Shown in pieces: positions 49,383-60,330 of a stretch of 64,000 nt of DNA (positions within the stretch are counted from its first letter, which is position 1; every line of letters starts with the position of its first letter). The notes under the pieces are model-generated. The model searched no databases and was not told where the DNA came from. It was given only the letters and a program-made list of their open reading frames with translations. The translations under genes and the position numbers were made by a program. The stretch lies in the NCBI GenBank assembly GCA_964386055.1, contig CAYLQZ010000002.1, positions 5,672 through 69,671 on the forward strand, in the 5' to 3' direction. The stretch is from an uncultured Candidatus Izemoplasmatales bacterium. Its GTDB lineage: Bacteria > Bacillota_I > Bacilli_A > Izemoplasmatales > Izemoplasmataceae.

Positions 49383-50162
49383 TTAGATATAAGTGAAAGG
49401 ATCTAAATCAATCGCTGATTCATATATCGGCGTTTCTAGCCCTGCTTCTTCTAATTCTTGTTTTAACGCTTTGGTAAAATGTTTTTCAACATAATGGCCG
49501 ATATCTAAGGTTGATAACCCCATTTGAAGCATATCGTGCGCTTGATGATACGATACATCGCCTGTGATGTAAAGATCGGCGCCTTTAAACTTTGCCATTG
49601 CCATATGAGAGGCCCCACTTCCGCCACTTATGGCGATTTTTTTAATTACCTTATCGTTTGTTCGATTGGTAATTAATCTCCCATGCGCCATATTTAAACG
49701 GTGTTTAATGGTTTCAATCGCTTCGCTCATAGGCATAGGTTCAAACGCGCCGATTTTTCCAATGCCATGCGTTGGCGTTTCATATTCTAAAATTTCTGTA
49801 TCGGTCAGGCCTAATATATCGGCTAATACTGTATTCATGCCGGTATGGCCTAAATCATAATTGGTATGCGATACATAGACTGCAATATCTTCTTTTAGTA
49901 AGGTTTCAATAATACTGCCTTTATACGAATCGCTTAAGATGTTTTTCAAGGGTTTAAAAATGAGTGGATGATGGGCAATAATAACATTTGCACGTTTTTT
50001 AAGCGCTTCTTTAACAACGTCTTTTGTGACGTCAAGCGTTAATAAAACACCAGTAATCTCTTTGTTTAACGTGCCTACTTGTAAGCCTACGTTATCCCAT
50101 TCATAAGCCAAATCTTTAGGGTATTTTGTTTCAAAAAATTGTTTAATGGTTACGCCATTCAT
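49383..50162 (-). CDS. Nif3-family metal-binding protein (YqfO-like, short form)
   Basis: EWDNVGLQVG, IIAHHPLIF and GHYVEKHF motifs. Confidence 0.85.
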   Translation of the reverse strand: MNGVTIKQFFETKYPKDLAYEWDNVGLQVGTLNKEITGVLLTLDVTKDVVKEALKKRANVIIAHHPLIFKPLKNILSDSYKGSIIETLLKEDIAVYVSHTNYDLGHTGMNTVLADILGLTDTEILEYETPTHGIGKIGAFEPMPMSEAIETIKHRLNMAHGRLITNRTNDKVIKKIAISGGSGASHMAMAKFKGADLYITGDVSYHQAHDMLQMGLSTLDIGHYVEKHFTKALKQELEEAGLETPIYESAIDLDPFTYI

Positions 50163-50805
50163 TGAATATCGCCTCCAAAAGATTGCGTTTTTTCATTAAT
50201 GGTGCCTTGGCTTTTTCATCGGGTATGGTTTGAATTAAATGCTCTAAAAATAGATGTTCGGCTTCTAATGATGCTTTGTAGGGGTCTGGAGGATTTTTTC
50301 TTAGTATCGGGCCGATATAGAGATCAGTTTCATCTAAAACTTCACGGCCCCCTTCGAGCTTAATAATAATATACGTTTCGCCTTTTTGAACAACGACTTG
50401 TTCATCGGTAATTTTAAAAGGAATTATGGTTGTTAGTTTTCTCAGAAGCTCGGTATGGTTGTTGGCTTGTAAAATCATCGTTTTGACGTTAGGAAATAAT
50501 CCGTTTTTTAAGATATCATATATTGCATTGCCGCCTAAGCCTGAGATAGTGATTAAATCACAATCTTCATTTAAAGCGTCAATCCCACTTGCAAGGGTTG
50601 GGATTACGGTGCCTTTCAATCCTGCTTGTGCAATGCTTTTTTCTGCTTGGGTTAAGGGCCCTTTTTTATTGTCGACGGCGTACGCTTTTTTAACGGTTTT
50701 GGTTTGAACCGCGGCAATCGGTAAATACGCGTGATCGGTGCCAATATCATAAAGCGTGTCATGAGGAGGCATCATGGAAAGCATGGTTTTTAAACGGACG
50801 TCCAT
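50143..50805 (-). CDS. trmK: tRNA (adenine22-N1)-methyltransferase
   Basis: DIGTDHAYLPI and ISGLGGNAI motifs. Conserved position between sigA and nif3. Confidence 0.85.
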   Translation of the reverse strand: MDVRLKTMLSMMPPHDTLYDIGTDHAYLPIAAVQTKTVKKAYAVDNKKGPLTQAEKSIAQAGLKGTVIPTLASGIDALNEDCDLITISGLGGNAIYDILKNGLFPNVKTMILQANNHTELLRKLTTIIPFKITDEQVVVQKGETYIIIKLEGGREVLDETDLYIGPILRKNPPDPYKASLEAEHLFLEHLIQTIPDEKAKAPLMKKRNLLEAIFNEWRNH

Positions 50806-52043
50806 TAACGACCACTCATAAAGTCTTTAAGCTTTTTGCTGCGAGATGGGTGACGAAGCTTTCTTAATGCTTTGGCTTCTATTTGACGAATACGTTCTCT
50901 GGTGACGCCGAACTCACGTCCGACTTCTTCGAGCGTGCGCGTTCTTCCATCGAGTAAGCCAAAGCGCATACGCAATACTTTTTCTTCACGATCGGTTAAG
51001 GTTTCAAGTACATCATCGAGTTCGCGTTTAAGCATTTCTTTAGACGTAAACTCCATTGGCGTTAAGGTGTCTTGATCCGGAATAAAATCGCCTAAAGACG
51101 AATCTTCTTCTTCCCCAACAGGGCTTTCTAAAGAGATTGGCTCTTGGGCTACCTTTTGGATAATTTGAACTTTTTCAACACTAATATTCATCCGCTTAGC
51201 AACTTCTTCTGGTAACGGTTCTCTTTTGAGTTCTTGAATCAATTGACGTTGCGTGCGTACGAGTTTATTAATCGTTTCCACCATGTGCACTGGAATCCGA
51301 ATGGTTCTAGCTTGGTCGGCAATCGCGCGGGTAATCGCTTGGCGGATCCACCACGTTGCATAGGTAGAAAATTTAAAGCCTTTTTTATGATCAAATTTGG
51401 AGACCGCTTTTATTAATCCCATATTTCCTTCTTGAATTAAATCTAAAAACTGCATGCCACGTCCAACGTAGCGTTTCGCAATCGAAACGACTAACCGTAA
51501 GTTCGCTTCGACAAGCTTGTTTTTAGCAAGTTCACCTTTAAACATAAGCTCTTCGACTTCGTGATTATAGATTTCGGTGATGGTTTCGCCGGTATCTTTA
51601 AATTCATCGTATTCATCTTTTTTATTTTTTGCGTGATAAATATCTTTGGCAAGTTCCATCTCAGTATCAGGGTCTAGTAACTCTACACGTCCTATTTCTT
51701 TTAAATACATTCTTACAGGATCGTCAACTTTAATACTGGTAATGCTTTCGAACGATTTATCATGGAGCAATTCTTCTTCTATATCTTTGGCGAAGTCTAG
51801 GTTTAACTTGATTTGTTCAACAACCTCTTCTTCGTCTTCATCATCTTGTAGCATCGTAGGAACTTTGTACGTTACCATCTCTTCTTGACTGACCACATCA
51901 ACATCATTTTTTTCAAGCGCTGTGATAATGTCATCAAATTCATCGGAGTCACTTGAGACGTAAGCCGCAATGTCTTTCACTTCTATAAAGCCTTTTTTCT
52001 TATAAAGTTCGCTAAGTTCTTGAATGATTTTTTCTTTTTCCAT
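50805..52043 (-). CDS. sigA: primary RNA polymerase sigma factor
   Basis: Regions 2-4 present ([33 protein letters not shown]). Acidic N-terminal region. Confidence 0.95.
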   Translation of the reverse strand: MEKEKIIQELSELYKKKGFIEVKDIAAYVSSDSDEFDDIITALEKNDVDVVSQEEMVTYKVPTMLQDDEDEEEVVEQIKLNLDFAKDIEEELLHDKSFESITSIKVDDPVRMYLKEIGRVELLDPDTEMELAKDIYHAKNKKDEYDEFKDTGETITEIYNHEVEELMFKGELAKNKLVEANLRLVVSIAKRYVGRGMQFLDLIQEGNMGLIKAVSKFDHKKGFKFSTYATWWIRQAITRAIADQARTIRIPVHMVETINKLVRTQRQLIQELKREPLPEEVAKRMNISVEKVQIIQKVAQEPISLESPVGEEEDSSLGDFIPDQDTLTPMEFTSKEMLKRELDDVLETLTDREEKVLRMRFGLLDGRTRTLEEVGREFGVTRERIRQIEAKALRKLRHPSRSKKLKDFMSGR

Positions 52044-53775
52044 GGTTGGCCTCCTTGATCATTAAATCAATCTTTTTTCTAAGCGCAATTTTTTCTTCAA
52101 TGGTGTCGCATTCTTTTAATTGTTTGCGCAATGTTTCAATGCGGTTTCTGCGTGTATTTTCACGCATTACCGCAAGTAAATCTTCAAATTCCGCTTCGTG
52201 GTACGGGTAATCATCAAAATTAATGAATGATTCAAAATACTGTTGTTGTTTAGAAGATAAAGCCCCATAAAATAATTGAGGCACTATACAACTTTGGCGG
52301 TTGAAATCATAAAACTCAAAGATTTCAAACTGGATGTCGCGTGCCGCTTTATCAATATATGAGACATCTTCAAATTCATGTCGAAAGCGTCTTGCGTAGT
52401 ATTCATCTTTTAAAAAATAATGAATGAAGGCGCGTTCAGCGCGTTTGAATTTATCCGTAATTTCAATGGTTTCAATTTTTCTATAAGACGGAACCACGTC
52501 TTTTTTTAGCATTTTAAAATCAAGTTCTAAGGTTTCAAATGGCAATTGTAAATCTTCCGCTATTTTGGAAAGAAAATAGCCTTGTTCGACATTTGATTTT
52601 CTTTCAATAAGGGCAAATACTTGTTTTTTAAAACGCTCTATATCGGTTAATTTTTCGGTATTTGTGCTTTTTAAGTAGTCTTCATATAAGAATTCATCGC
52701 TACTTAAAGCGTTATCTATGAGGTGTTGGAATTTTTCGTTGCCGTGTGAATCGATGAAATCATCGGGGTCTAAGGGATGGGGAAGGTTCGCAACGTAAAC
52801 ATGTAATGGCGTTTTCTTTAAGGTTTCTACCATGCCTTTAGTCGCTTCAATCCCGGCATCATCGCCGTCAAAACATAAAATCACCGTATCGGTATAGTTT
52901 CTGATGAGGGTGATGTGGTGTGAACTAAGGGCGGTTCCCATAGTCGCAATGCCTTCATGAATTCCCGCTGTATGAGCTTTAATCACATCCATAAAGCCTT
53001 CAAATAAGACGGCACGATTTTTATCACGTATGGCTTTTCCAGCGCGATTTAAATTATAAAGCACTTTTTGTTTTTCAAACGTGACGGTGTTGGTTGAGTT
53101 TATATATTTTGCCGTTTTCGCTTTTTTATCAAGAATTCTTCCTGAAAACCCTACAACACGATTGTGTTCATCGTGCAACGGAAACATTAAGCGGTTTCTA
53201 AACACATCATAAACCGATTCATTTTCATTGACTAACCCTAAATCAGTTAAATCGCTTTTTAAGATTTCTTTTTTAAGCATCGCTTGATAAAGCGCATCGG
53301 ATTTAGCGGGTGCTAAGCCAATATTAAAGGTTTCGATGGTGTGGGGTTCAAGCTTTCTGTTGCGTAAATAATTCAGTGCGGTTTGGCCGCTTTTTGTATG
53401 GTTTAAATAGACTTGATAAAAATCTAAGGCGTCTTGATTGATGTCATAATATTTTTGGAGCGGATGCGCCGCTTCAAATGATTCACTTAAAGGAATATTG
53501 GCACGCTCAGCTAAATATTTAATGGCCGCTTTAGAATCAAGGTTTTTCGTCTCTTTAATAAAGGTAATCGCGTTCCCTGATGCTTTACAAGAAAAACAAT
53601 GATACAGTTGTTTTTCTTCACTAACTGAAAAAGAAGGCGTGTTCTCTTGATGAAAAGGACAAAGCCCCATATGGTTTTTCCCCTTTTGTTCAAGCGGAGT
53701 TACGTCCTGAATGATTTCAACGATGTTGGTGTTGGCTAAAATCTTATCAGTTAATGTGTTTTTGTCTTCGGCCAT
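52012..53775 (-). CDS. dnaG: DNA primase
   Basis: Zinc ribbon [17 protein letters not shown], Toprim EGFMDV, DGDDAG. Confidence 0.95.
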   Translation of the reverse strand: MAEDKNTLTDKILANTNIVEIIQDVTPLEQKGKNHMGLCPFHQENTPSFSVSEEKQLYHCFSCKASGNAITFIKETKNLDSKAAIKYLAERANIPLSESFEAAHPLQKYYDINQDALDFYQVYLNHTKSGQTALNYLRNRKLEPHTIETFNIGLAPAKSDALYQAMLKKEILKSDLTDLGLVNENESVYDVFRNRLMFPLHDEHNRVVGFSGRILDKKAKTAKYINSTNTVTFEKQKVLYNLNRAGKAIRDKNRAVLFEGFMDVIKAHTAGIHEGIATMGTALSSHHITLIRNYTDTVILCFDGDDAGIEATKGMVETLKKTPLHVYVANLPHPLDPDDFIDSHGNEKFQHLIDNALSSDEFLYEDYLKSTNTEKLTDIERFKKQVFALIERKSNVEQGYFLSKIAEDLQLPFETLELDFKMLKKDVVPSYRKIETIEITDKFKRAERAFIHYFLKDEYYARRFRHEFEDVSYIDKAARDIQFEIFEFYDFNRQSCIVPQLFYGALSSKQQQYFESFINFDDYPYHEAEFEDLLAVMRENTRRNRIETLRKQLKECDTIEEKIALRKKIDLMIKEANHGKRKNHSRT

Positions 53776-53792
53776 GTTATCACCTTACAGTT

Positions 53793-55169
53793 TTAAAATT
53801 TTATAGCCTTTTCGATCATAGGAATGATCTCGTCTAATGTAAGACGGGTTTGTTCCATCGAATCTTTATATCTAAGCGTATAGGTTATTTCTTCTAGCGA
53901 TTCATCGTCAACTGTAATCACAAATGGCGTCCCAATCGCATCTTGACGACGGTAGCGTTTCCCAATTTTCCCTGCTTCATCGTAGACGGTCATGAAATGA
54001 CTGGATACTTGTTTGAAGACTTCTAATGCTTTGGCTTTATGCCGTTTTTTAATTAACGGTAAGACCGCCACTTTATAAGGCGCTAAGGCAGGATGTAACT
54101 TCATATTGAGTCGCGTTTCACCGTTGTCTAAGGTTTCTTCAACGTAGCCTTCGTGTAATAAAGATAAAAATAATCGCTCTACCCCTAAAGAGGGTTCTAC
54201 AACATAAGGGATATATCGTGAGTTGTCGGTTTGATCAATATATTCTAACGACGTATCGGAATGCGTTTGGTGTTGCGCTAAATCATAATCAGTCCGCGAG
54301 GCAATGCCCCATAGTTCATCGAATCCCCATGGGTAGCGGTATTCAATATCGGTTGTCGCATTTGAATAATGCGACAGTTGACTTTCATCATGATCAGCAA
54401 GTTTTAGATTGGTTTCATCAATCCCTAAATCAAGTAAAAACGCTTTGCTCGCTTCTTTCCAATAATCAAACCATTCCATCTCAGTCCCCGGTTGAGTGAA
54501 AAACTCTAGTTCCATTTGTTCGAATTCTCTCGTTCTGAAAATAAAGTTTCCAGGGGTAATTTCATTTCTAAACGATTTTCCGATTTGAACAATCCCAAAG
54601 GGAAGTTTGCGCCGTGAGGTCCGTTCGATATTTTTAAAGTTCAAGAAAATCCCTTGCGCCGTTTCAGGGCGTAAAAAGATATCTTGCGTTGAATCATCAA
54701 CGACGCCTTGAGAGGTTTTAAACATTAAGTTAAACTGACGGATTGCGGTAAAGTCTTTTGCGCCGCATGAAAGACATTTTACGCCTTGATCATGAATATA
54801 AGTTTCCATCGCTTTGATATCCATGCCATCGGCAATCACGGTGTCATCGTGGTTTTCAATTAAGTGATCCGCGCGATGTCTCGCTTTACACTGTTTACAG
54901 TCAATCATAGGATCATTAAATGAATCGATGTGGCCGCTTGCTTCCCAGGCTTTTGGGTTTAATAAAATGGAAGAATCTAATCCTTCGTTATAAGGGCTTT
55001 CTTGGACAAATCGTTTCCAAAAAAGGGTTTTAATATTATTTTTGAGTTCGGTTCCAAGGGGACCGTAATCCCAAGTATTGGCAAGGCCACCGTAGATTTC
55101 GCTTCCTTGGTAAACAAAGCCGTATTGTTTGGCATAATTAATGAGTGTATCCATTGTCACATTTTTCAT
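53793..55169 (-). CDS. glyQS: glycine--tRNA ligase (alpha2 homodimeric type)
   Basis: 458 aa with FRNEITPGNFIFRTREFEQME class II motif 2. Confidence 0.9.
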   Translation of the reverse strand: MKNVTMDTLINYAKQYGFVYQGSEIYGGLANTWDYGPLGTELKNNIKTLFWKRFVQESPYNEGLDSSILLNPKAWEASGHIDSFNDPMIDCKQCKARHRADHLIENHDDTVIADGMDIKAMETYIHDQGVKCLSCGAKDFTAIRQFNLMFKTSQGVVDDSTQDIFLRPETAQGIFLNFKNIERTSRRKLPFGIVQIGKSFRNEITPGNFIFRTREFEQMELEFFTQPGTEMEWFDYWKEASKAFLLDLGIDETNLKLADHDESQLSHYSNATTDIEYRYPWGFDELWGIASRTDYDLAQHQTHSDTSLEYIDQTDNSRYIPYVVEPSLGVERLFLSLLHEGYVEETLDNGETRLNMKLHPALAPYKVAVLPLIKKRHKAKALEVFKQVSSHFMTVYDEAGKIGKRYRRQDAIGTPFVITVDDESLEEITYTLRYKDSMEQTRLTLDEIIPMIEKAIKF

Positions 55170-55179
55170 TGTTATCCTC

Positions 55180-55896
55180 CTAGTCGATCAGGGTTAACAG
55201 TATTTTCTTCGCTTTTGAAGTGAACCCTAAATGCATGCTGCAAAGTGCGGTCGTAATATCGAACAATTGTTTCATCGTTTTATGCTCAAGTTCTAGTGCC
55301 TTAAATTGTAAGATGTCGACATAATAATAATACTGCATAGGCTTATAAATTTCTTTTCCATAATATTGATGATTTATTTCTTTATGCGTGGGACAAACCA
55401 ATGCGCCTTCATAAAGGTCAAACGCTAAATCTTCACGGCCCTGACAAACATGGCAATGCTTTAAAGGGACTGCGTAGCCAGTAAAATATAAAAACTTCAG
55501 TTCAAATATTAACAGGACTTCTAAGGGAGTGTTCGTTTGTTCAATGGCTTTGGCAACTTTTTGAATAAAGGCTAACATTTTTTCATGGTTATCGTTATCG
55601 CCTACGTTATAGTAAATTAATTCATTAATAACATCCATGATGGTGGTTTTGATTAAATCGTTTTTTATCTCAGGATAATAGTCGATTAAGGCGGCTTCTT
55701 TTAAGGTAGGAAGCTTTGCTTGACTTAAGGTCATGTTGATAAGATTGCTTGACTGGGCGAGATGGCTTAAAGGACTTTGCATTTTTTTGACGCCACGCGC
55801 AATCATGCTTTTAATGCCTTCGTTTGTATAGACATAAAGCAGTTTTGAATTATCTTTATAATCTATGGTTCTTAAGACATGACCGACGGTGTTCAT
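55180..55896 (-). CDS. recO: DNA repair protein RecO
   Basis: OB-fold N-terminus and a CxxC...C zinc motif (CHVC..CPTH). Conserved position after era. Confidence 0.8.
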   Translation of the reverse strand: MNTVGHVLRTIDYKDNSKLLYVYTNEGIKSMIARGVKKMQSPLSHLAQSSNLINMTLSQAKLPTLKEAALIDYYPEIKNDLIKTTIMDVINELIYYNVGDNDNHEKMLAFIQKVAKAIEQTNTPLEVLLIFELKFLYFTGYAVPLKHCHVCQGREDLAFDLYEGALVCPTHKEINHQYYGKEIYKPMQYYYYVDILQFKALELEHKTMKQLFDITTALCSMHLGFTSKAKKILLTLID

Positions 55897-56828
55897 TATA
55901 AGTCTTCTTCCCTAAACCCTAAATCATGAAGGTGCATTTGACGGTTCCGCCAGTCTTTCACCACTTTTACATACAACTCTAAATAAATCTTAGTATCTAA
56001 AAGGGTTAAGATATCATGGCGCGCACGGGTTCCAATCATTTTGAGGAGTTTTCCGCCTTTACCAATAATAATGCCTTTTTGTGAGTCGCGTTCCACAATA
56101 ATCGTTGCGTTAATATTTAAAAGATTTTTGTTGTCGCTATCGACTTCAATCTTTTCAATGTCCACCGCAACACTATGGGGAATCTCTTGTTGGGTAAGAT
56201 CGAGTATTTTTTCACGGATTCGCTCTGCGATTAAGAATTTTTCTGGTTGATCTGTACGCATGTGCTCTGGATAATAGCGCGGGCCTTCGGGTAAAGCGGT
56301 TTTTATATCTTCTTTTAATAAATCTGTGTAAATCCCATTTAAAGCGCTAACCGCAAAGACGCCGTCGAATGCGTAGATGTCTTTAAGCGTTTCAATATAT
56401 TTTTCTAACCGCGCGTGATCACTAATTTTATCGATTTTATTCACAATTAAAAACGCTTTGGTTTTTAATTGTTTTAACGACGCAATGACACGCTCATCTA
56501 GCATATCTTTATCTTTCGTTGCGTCCACAATATATAAAATTAAATCAACGCCCCCTAGCGTTCTTAAGGCAGACTTTGTCATAAAATCGCCCAGTTTATG
56601 CTTAGCTTGATGTAATCCTGGCGTATCAATAAAAATAATTTGGGCATCGTCATCATTATAAATTCCCCGAATCGTATTACGCGTAGTTTGGGGTTTTGAT
56701 GAGGTAATGGTCAGTTTTTCTCCTAATATGGTATTAAGCAACGTACTTTTCCCTGTATTTGCGTTCCCAATTAAACTGACAAAACCGCTTTTAAGCGGTT
56801 TATTTGAGGTCGTCTTCGCTGAATCCAT
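55896..56828 (-). CDS. era: GTPase Era
   Basis: G1 GNANTGKST, G3 DTPG, NKID, and a C-terminal KH domain. Confidence 0.95.
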   Translation of the reverse strand: MDSAKTTSNKPLKSGFVSLIGNANTGKSTLLNTILGEKLTITSSKPQTTRNTIRGIYNDDDAQIIFIDTPGLHQAKHKLGDFMTKSALRTLGGVDLILYIVDATKDKDMLDERVIASLKQLKTKAFLIVNKIDKISDHARLEKYIETLKDIYAFDGVFAVSALNGIYTDLLKEDIKTALPEGPRYYPEHMRTDQPEKFLIAERIREKILDLTQQEIPHSVAVDIEKIEVDSDNKNLLNINATIIVERDSQKGIIIGKGGKLLKMIGTRARHDILTLLDTKIYLELYVKVVKDWRNRQMHLHDLGFREEDL

Positions 56829-57198
56829 GAGGCAATAACTCCTTATTTTCTACGCTTAAAATATGATCGTTACTATCTACCATGTGAACTACCGTATCTG
56901 CAGGGACAAGTTCACGCATTACTTGGCGACAGGCACCGCAAGGAGAGACAATAAAATCTTGTTTCGTCGTGACAACCACTTCCGCAATATCTTCTTTTTT
57001 ATAGCCTTGCGTGCGGGCGGTAAATAATGCCGTACGCTCAGCGCAGTTTGCTAAGCCGTATGAAGCATTTTCAACGTTAACCCCTGTGATGATGGTTCCG
57101 TCAGTTAACCGGAGGGCAGCGGCGACGTGAAAGTTTGAATACTTCACATAGGCGTTATCTAATACTTCACGTGCGGCTTTTAATAATGCTTGATCCAT
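56800..57198 (-). CDS. cdd: cytidine deaminase
   Basis: CAERTA and PCGACRQ zinc motifs. The ATG at 57198 follows an AAGGTGA RBS. Confidence 0.9.
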   Translation of the reverse strand: MDQALLKAAREVLDNAYVKYSNFHVAAALRLTDGTIITGVNVENASYGLANCAERTALFTARTQGYKKEDIAEVVVTTKQDFIVSPCGACRQVMRELVPADTVVHMVDSNDHILSVENKELLPHGFSEDDLK

Positions 57199-57208
57199 AA
57201 TTATCACC

Positions 57209-57634
57209 TTATCTAAATAGTTTTAATTCATTTAATATTTTTTCTTGTAAATGAAACATAATGTGTTCTTTTTCTTTCGTGTCATGGTCATAGCCAATCG
57301 CATGGAGTAGTCCATGCACAACCAAAAACGCAAGTTCGCGTCTAAACGTATGACCATAGGTTTTGGCTTGTTCCATTGCCGTATGGATAGATATAAAGAT
57401 ATCGCCGAGTTCTTCTTCTAATTCTGTCGGAAAGGTTAAAACATCGGTGACAGTGTCTTTTTCTCGAAACGAACGGTTTAATTCACGAATTTGTTCACTT
57501 GTGACCAATATGATATTGACCGTTTGTTTTTTGTTAATATTCATTTTTTTAAACGTTTTCTTTACTACGGGTTTAATTAGGGGTTCATAGTTTTCTTCAT
57601 TGCATTGATTGACTAAATTAAGTGCTTTCATCAT
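57209..57634 (-). CDS. ybeY: rRNA maturation endoribonuclease YbeY
   Basis: HGLLHAIGYDH zinc motif. Confidence 0.95.
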   Translation of the reverse strand: MMKALNLVNQCNEENYEPLIKPVVKKTFKKMNINKKQTVNIILVTSEQIRELNRSFREKDTVTDVLTFPTELEEELGDIFISIHTAMEQAKTYGHTFRRELAFLVVHGLLHAIGYDHDTKEKEHIMFHLQEKILNELKLFR

Positions 57635-58583
57635 ATCGCTCCAATATCTTTTGGATTAATGGATGGCGAATTACATCTACGCGTTCAAAACGAATAGTCG
57701 CAATGCCTTTGACATTTTTTAATAATTTTGTAGCGTGGATTAAGCCACTTTCTTTATTGTGAGGCAAGTCAACTTGTGTAATATCGCCTGTCACAATCAT
57801 TTTTGATTCGAAGCCTAAGCGCGTTAAAAACAACTTCATTTGGCCTTTGGTTGTATTTTGGGCTTCATCGAGTACAACATAGGCGTTATCTAAGGTTCGC
57901 CCGCGCATGTATGCAAGGGGCGCAATTTCAATCACGCCTTTATCAATTAAATCATCGGTTTGCTTAGTCCCTAAGGCTTCATATAAAGCGTCATATAAGG
58001 GCCGTAAGTACGGGTCAATCTTTTCTTTTAAATCACCGGGTAAAAAGCCTAAGCTTTCCCCCGCTTCAACGGCGGGTCTAGTTAAAACGATTTTACGGAT
58101 TTTGCCGTTTTTAAGCAATTTTACAGCGTGTAAAACGGCCACGTAGGTTTTCCCTGTCCCAGCAGGCCCAATCCCAAAGGTCAAATCATTTTTCTCAATC
58201 GCATCAAGGTAGTGCTTTTGATTAATGGTTTTCGCATAAATTGGTTTCCCTGTAATCGTTTTGGTAATTTCTACACGGTTGATGTAATTATCAAGGATGA
58301 TTGCTTCTTCTACATTATCATCAACCAATTTTGCGATATAGATAACATCGCGTTCGTTGATTTGAATAGAATTTTCAACCAGGTTAATTAAAATGCTAAA
58401 CACGGATTCTAAAGATGCTTTTTTTACTGCGTTTGAATCTTTTATTTGGATGGTGTCGCCTTTAGTAAATATTGTGGTTTCAAAAAAACGATTCAACACA
58501 TCTAAATGGCGATCGTTAGTCCCGATCACCTCAGAGAATGTTTGAATATTTTCAAATGAAACATTAAGCGTTGTAAGTGTCAA
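57618..58583 (-). CDS. phoH: PhoH-family ATPase
   Basis: Walker A GPAGTGKTY, Walker B VVLDEAQN. A TTG at 58583, 9 nt after an AAAGGAG RBS, is preferred over the track TTG at 58616. Confidence 0.85.
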   Translation of the reverse strand: MTLTTLNVSFENIQTFSEVIGTNDRHLDVLNRFFETTIFTKGDTIQIKDSNAVKKASLESVFSILINLVENSIQINERDVIYIAKLVDDNVEEAIILDNYINRVEITKTITGKPIYAKTINQKHYLDAIEKNDLTFGIGPAGTGKTYVAVLHAVKLLKNGKIRKIVLTRPAVEAGESLGFLPGDLKEKIDPYLRPLYDALYEALGTKQTDDLIDKGVIEIAPLAYMRGRTLDNAYVVLDEAQNTTKGQMKLFLTRLGFESKMIVTGDITQVDLPHNKESGLIHATKLLKNVKGIATIRFERVDVIRHPLIQKILERYDEST

Positions 58584-58663
58584 AATCTTTAACTCCTTTG
58601 GCTTAAATATAATCAAAATCTTATATTATTATACCACATATAAGGGTGAATTGTCGGGAATTA

Positions 58664-58699
58664 GAAAAAAATAACGGTGAAATTTTCACCGTTATTTTT
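58664..58699. terminator. terminator after rpsU
   Basis: AAAAATAACGGTGAAA / TTTCACCGTTATTTTT hairpin. Confidence 0.85.
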
Positions 58700-58706
58700 G
58701 CTTGTG

Positions 58707-58880
58707 TTATTTTTTGTTTTGTTTGTTTTTGTTTTGTTTGTTTTTCTTAGAAACACTAGGCTTTACATAATACTCTCTTTTGCGAGCTTCAGCAAGGGTA
58801 CCTGAACGTGAAATATCGCGCTTAAATCGCTTGAGCGCGTCTTCTAATGATTCGTTATTGCGAACTACTGTTTTGGCCAT
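58707..58880 (-). CDS. rpsU: 30S ribosomal protein S21
   Basis: [34 protein letters not shown]. The track ORF is an upstream extension. Confidence 0.95.
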   Translation of the reverse strand: MAKTVVRNNESLEDALKRFKRDISRSGTLAEARKREYYVKPSVSKKNKQNKNKQNKK

Positions 58881-58920
58881 GAGGTTTCCCTCCCTTCCGC
58901 TCTTGAAAATTACTGTAACT

Positions 58921-58949
58921 ATAATATCAAATATTCTTTTTAATGTAAA
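58921..58949 (-). promoter_or_regulatory. sigma-A promoter of rpsU
   Basis: TTTACA, 17-nt spacer, TATTAT on the minus strand. Confidence 0.55.
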
Positions 58950-59031
58950 GGTTTTTTGCTTGGTTACGCGATGTTTATCGTTAATTACCAAAAAACTTGA
59001 ATTGAATGGCTATTTTGGGGATAAATTTACT

Positions 59032-60330
59032 TTATTTAGCGATTGATGTTGCCTGTGATAAAGGATAGGATTCTTCTGATAAAATCACCGTTTCAAACGT
59101 GTTGGATGATTGGTTGGTATGAACTTCGCTAAATATATATTCACTACTGTGGCCTTTACAAACGCCGTCGCTACAATGTTCGTATAAAACATGAAGCGGG
59201 GTTTGATTTTTTAGTTTCCGTTGTCTATAGGCAATCGCTAACTTTTCGTTTAAACGCATTAATTCATTCACCCGAATGCTTTTTATAGTACCGTGGATAT
59301 GATTATGCATTTGCGCAGCTTTTGTGCCACTTCGTTTTGAATACGGGAATATGTGCATTTCAGAAAATTTCGCGGCCTTTATGGTTTCTTTCATCGCGTT
59401 AAAGTCGGCTTCGCTTTCGCCGGGGTAGCCTACGATGATATCGGTTGTAATGGCGATGTCACCAAGTTCCCTTCGGATGGATTCGAGTTTTGCTAAATAG
59501 GCTTCAACGGTGTAACGTCTTTTCATAGCGGTTAAAATCGGGTTTGATCCGTGTTGAAGCGGGATGTGTAAATGCTTTGCGAAGACATCGTTATCTTTAA
59601 TAAGAGTGATGATGGCTTTGCTTAACTGGTTGATCTCAATGCTAGAGATGCGAATCCGTTTTAATCCTTCGATGGTTTTCATTTCATTTAATAAATCGTA
59701 AAATGACGTATCATCTAAGTCACTGCCGTAGCCTCCGGTATGAATCCCTGTTAAGACAATTTCTTTATAGCCACGATTGACTAATTTAGTCGCTTCTTTT
59801 AACACTTCTGCTTTTTTTCTAGAACGGATGCGCCCCCGTGCAAAAGGAATAATACAGTAACTACAAAACTCATTACAGCCGTCTTGAATTTTTAAAAAGG
59901 CGCGAGTTTGGTCTTCAAAACTCGTCACATTAAGTTTATCAAATGTTTTATACCGGCTTAAATCTTCGATGCTTTGAATCGGGTTGCGTTCTCTTAAAAA
60001 CCGTTTTATATTGTCTAATAATTTTGCGCGATCGGTGGTGCCTTGAATAATATCAACGCCATCAATGCTTGCGATGGTGTCACTATCGACTTGTGCGTAA
60101 CACCCAATAACCGCAACGACCGCATCCGGGTTGCGCTTTACAGCTTGACGGATGGTTTTACGGCTTTTTGAATCCGAGGTATTGGTAACGGTACAAGTAT
60201 TTATTACGTATATATCGGCGTAGGCTTTAAAATCAACAATATCATAGCCTTCGGTTTTAAATAATGTTTGAAGGGCTTCACTTTCGTAGTGATTGACCTT
60301 ACAGCCTAATGTGTAAAAAGCAACTTTCAT
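59032..60330 (-). CDS. mtaB: tRNA t6A37 methylthiotransferase (MtaB, radical SAM)
   Basis: MKVAFYTLGCKVNHYES, and CNEFCSYC radical-SAM motif. No C-terminal TRAM checked. Confidence 0.85.
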   Translation of the reverse strand: MKVAFYTLGCKVNHYESEALQTLFKTEGYDIVDFKAYADIYVINTCTVTNTSDSKSRKTIRQAVKRNPDAVVAVIGCYAQVDSDTIASIDGVDIIQGTTDRAKLLDNIKRFLRERNPIQSIEDLSRYKTFDKLNVTSFEDQTRAFLKIQDGCNEFCSYCIIPFARGRIRSRKKAEVLKEATKLVNRGYKEIVLTGIHTGGYGSDLDDTSFYDLLNEMKTIEGLKRIRISSIEINQLSKAIITLIKDNDVFAKHLHIPLQHGSNPILTAMKRRYTVEAYLAKLESIRRELGDIAITTDIIVGYPGESEADFNAMKETIKAAKFSEMHIFPYSKRSGTKAAQMHNHIHGTIKSIRVNELMRLNEKLAIAYRQRKLKNQTPLHVLYEHCSDGVCKGHSSEYIFSEVHTNQSSNTFETVILSEESYPLSQATSIAK

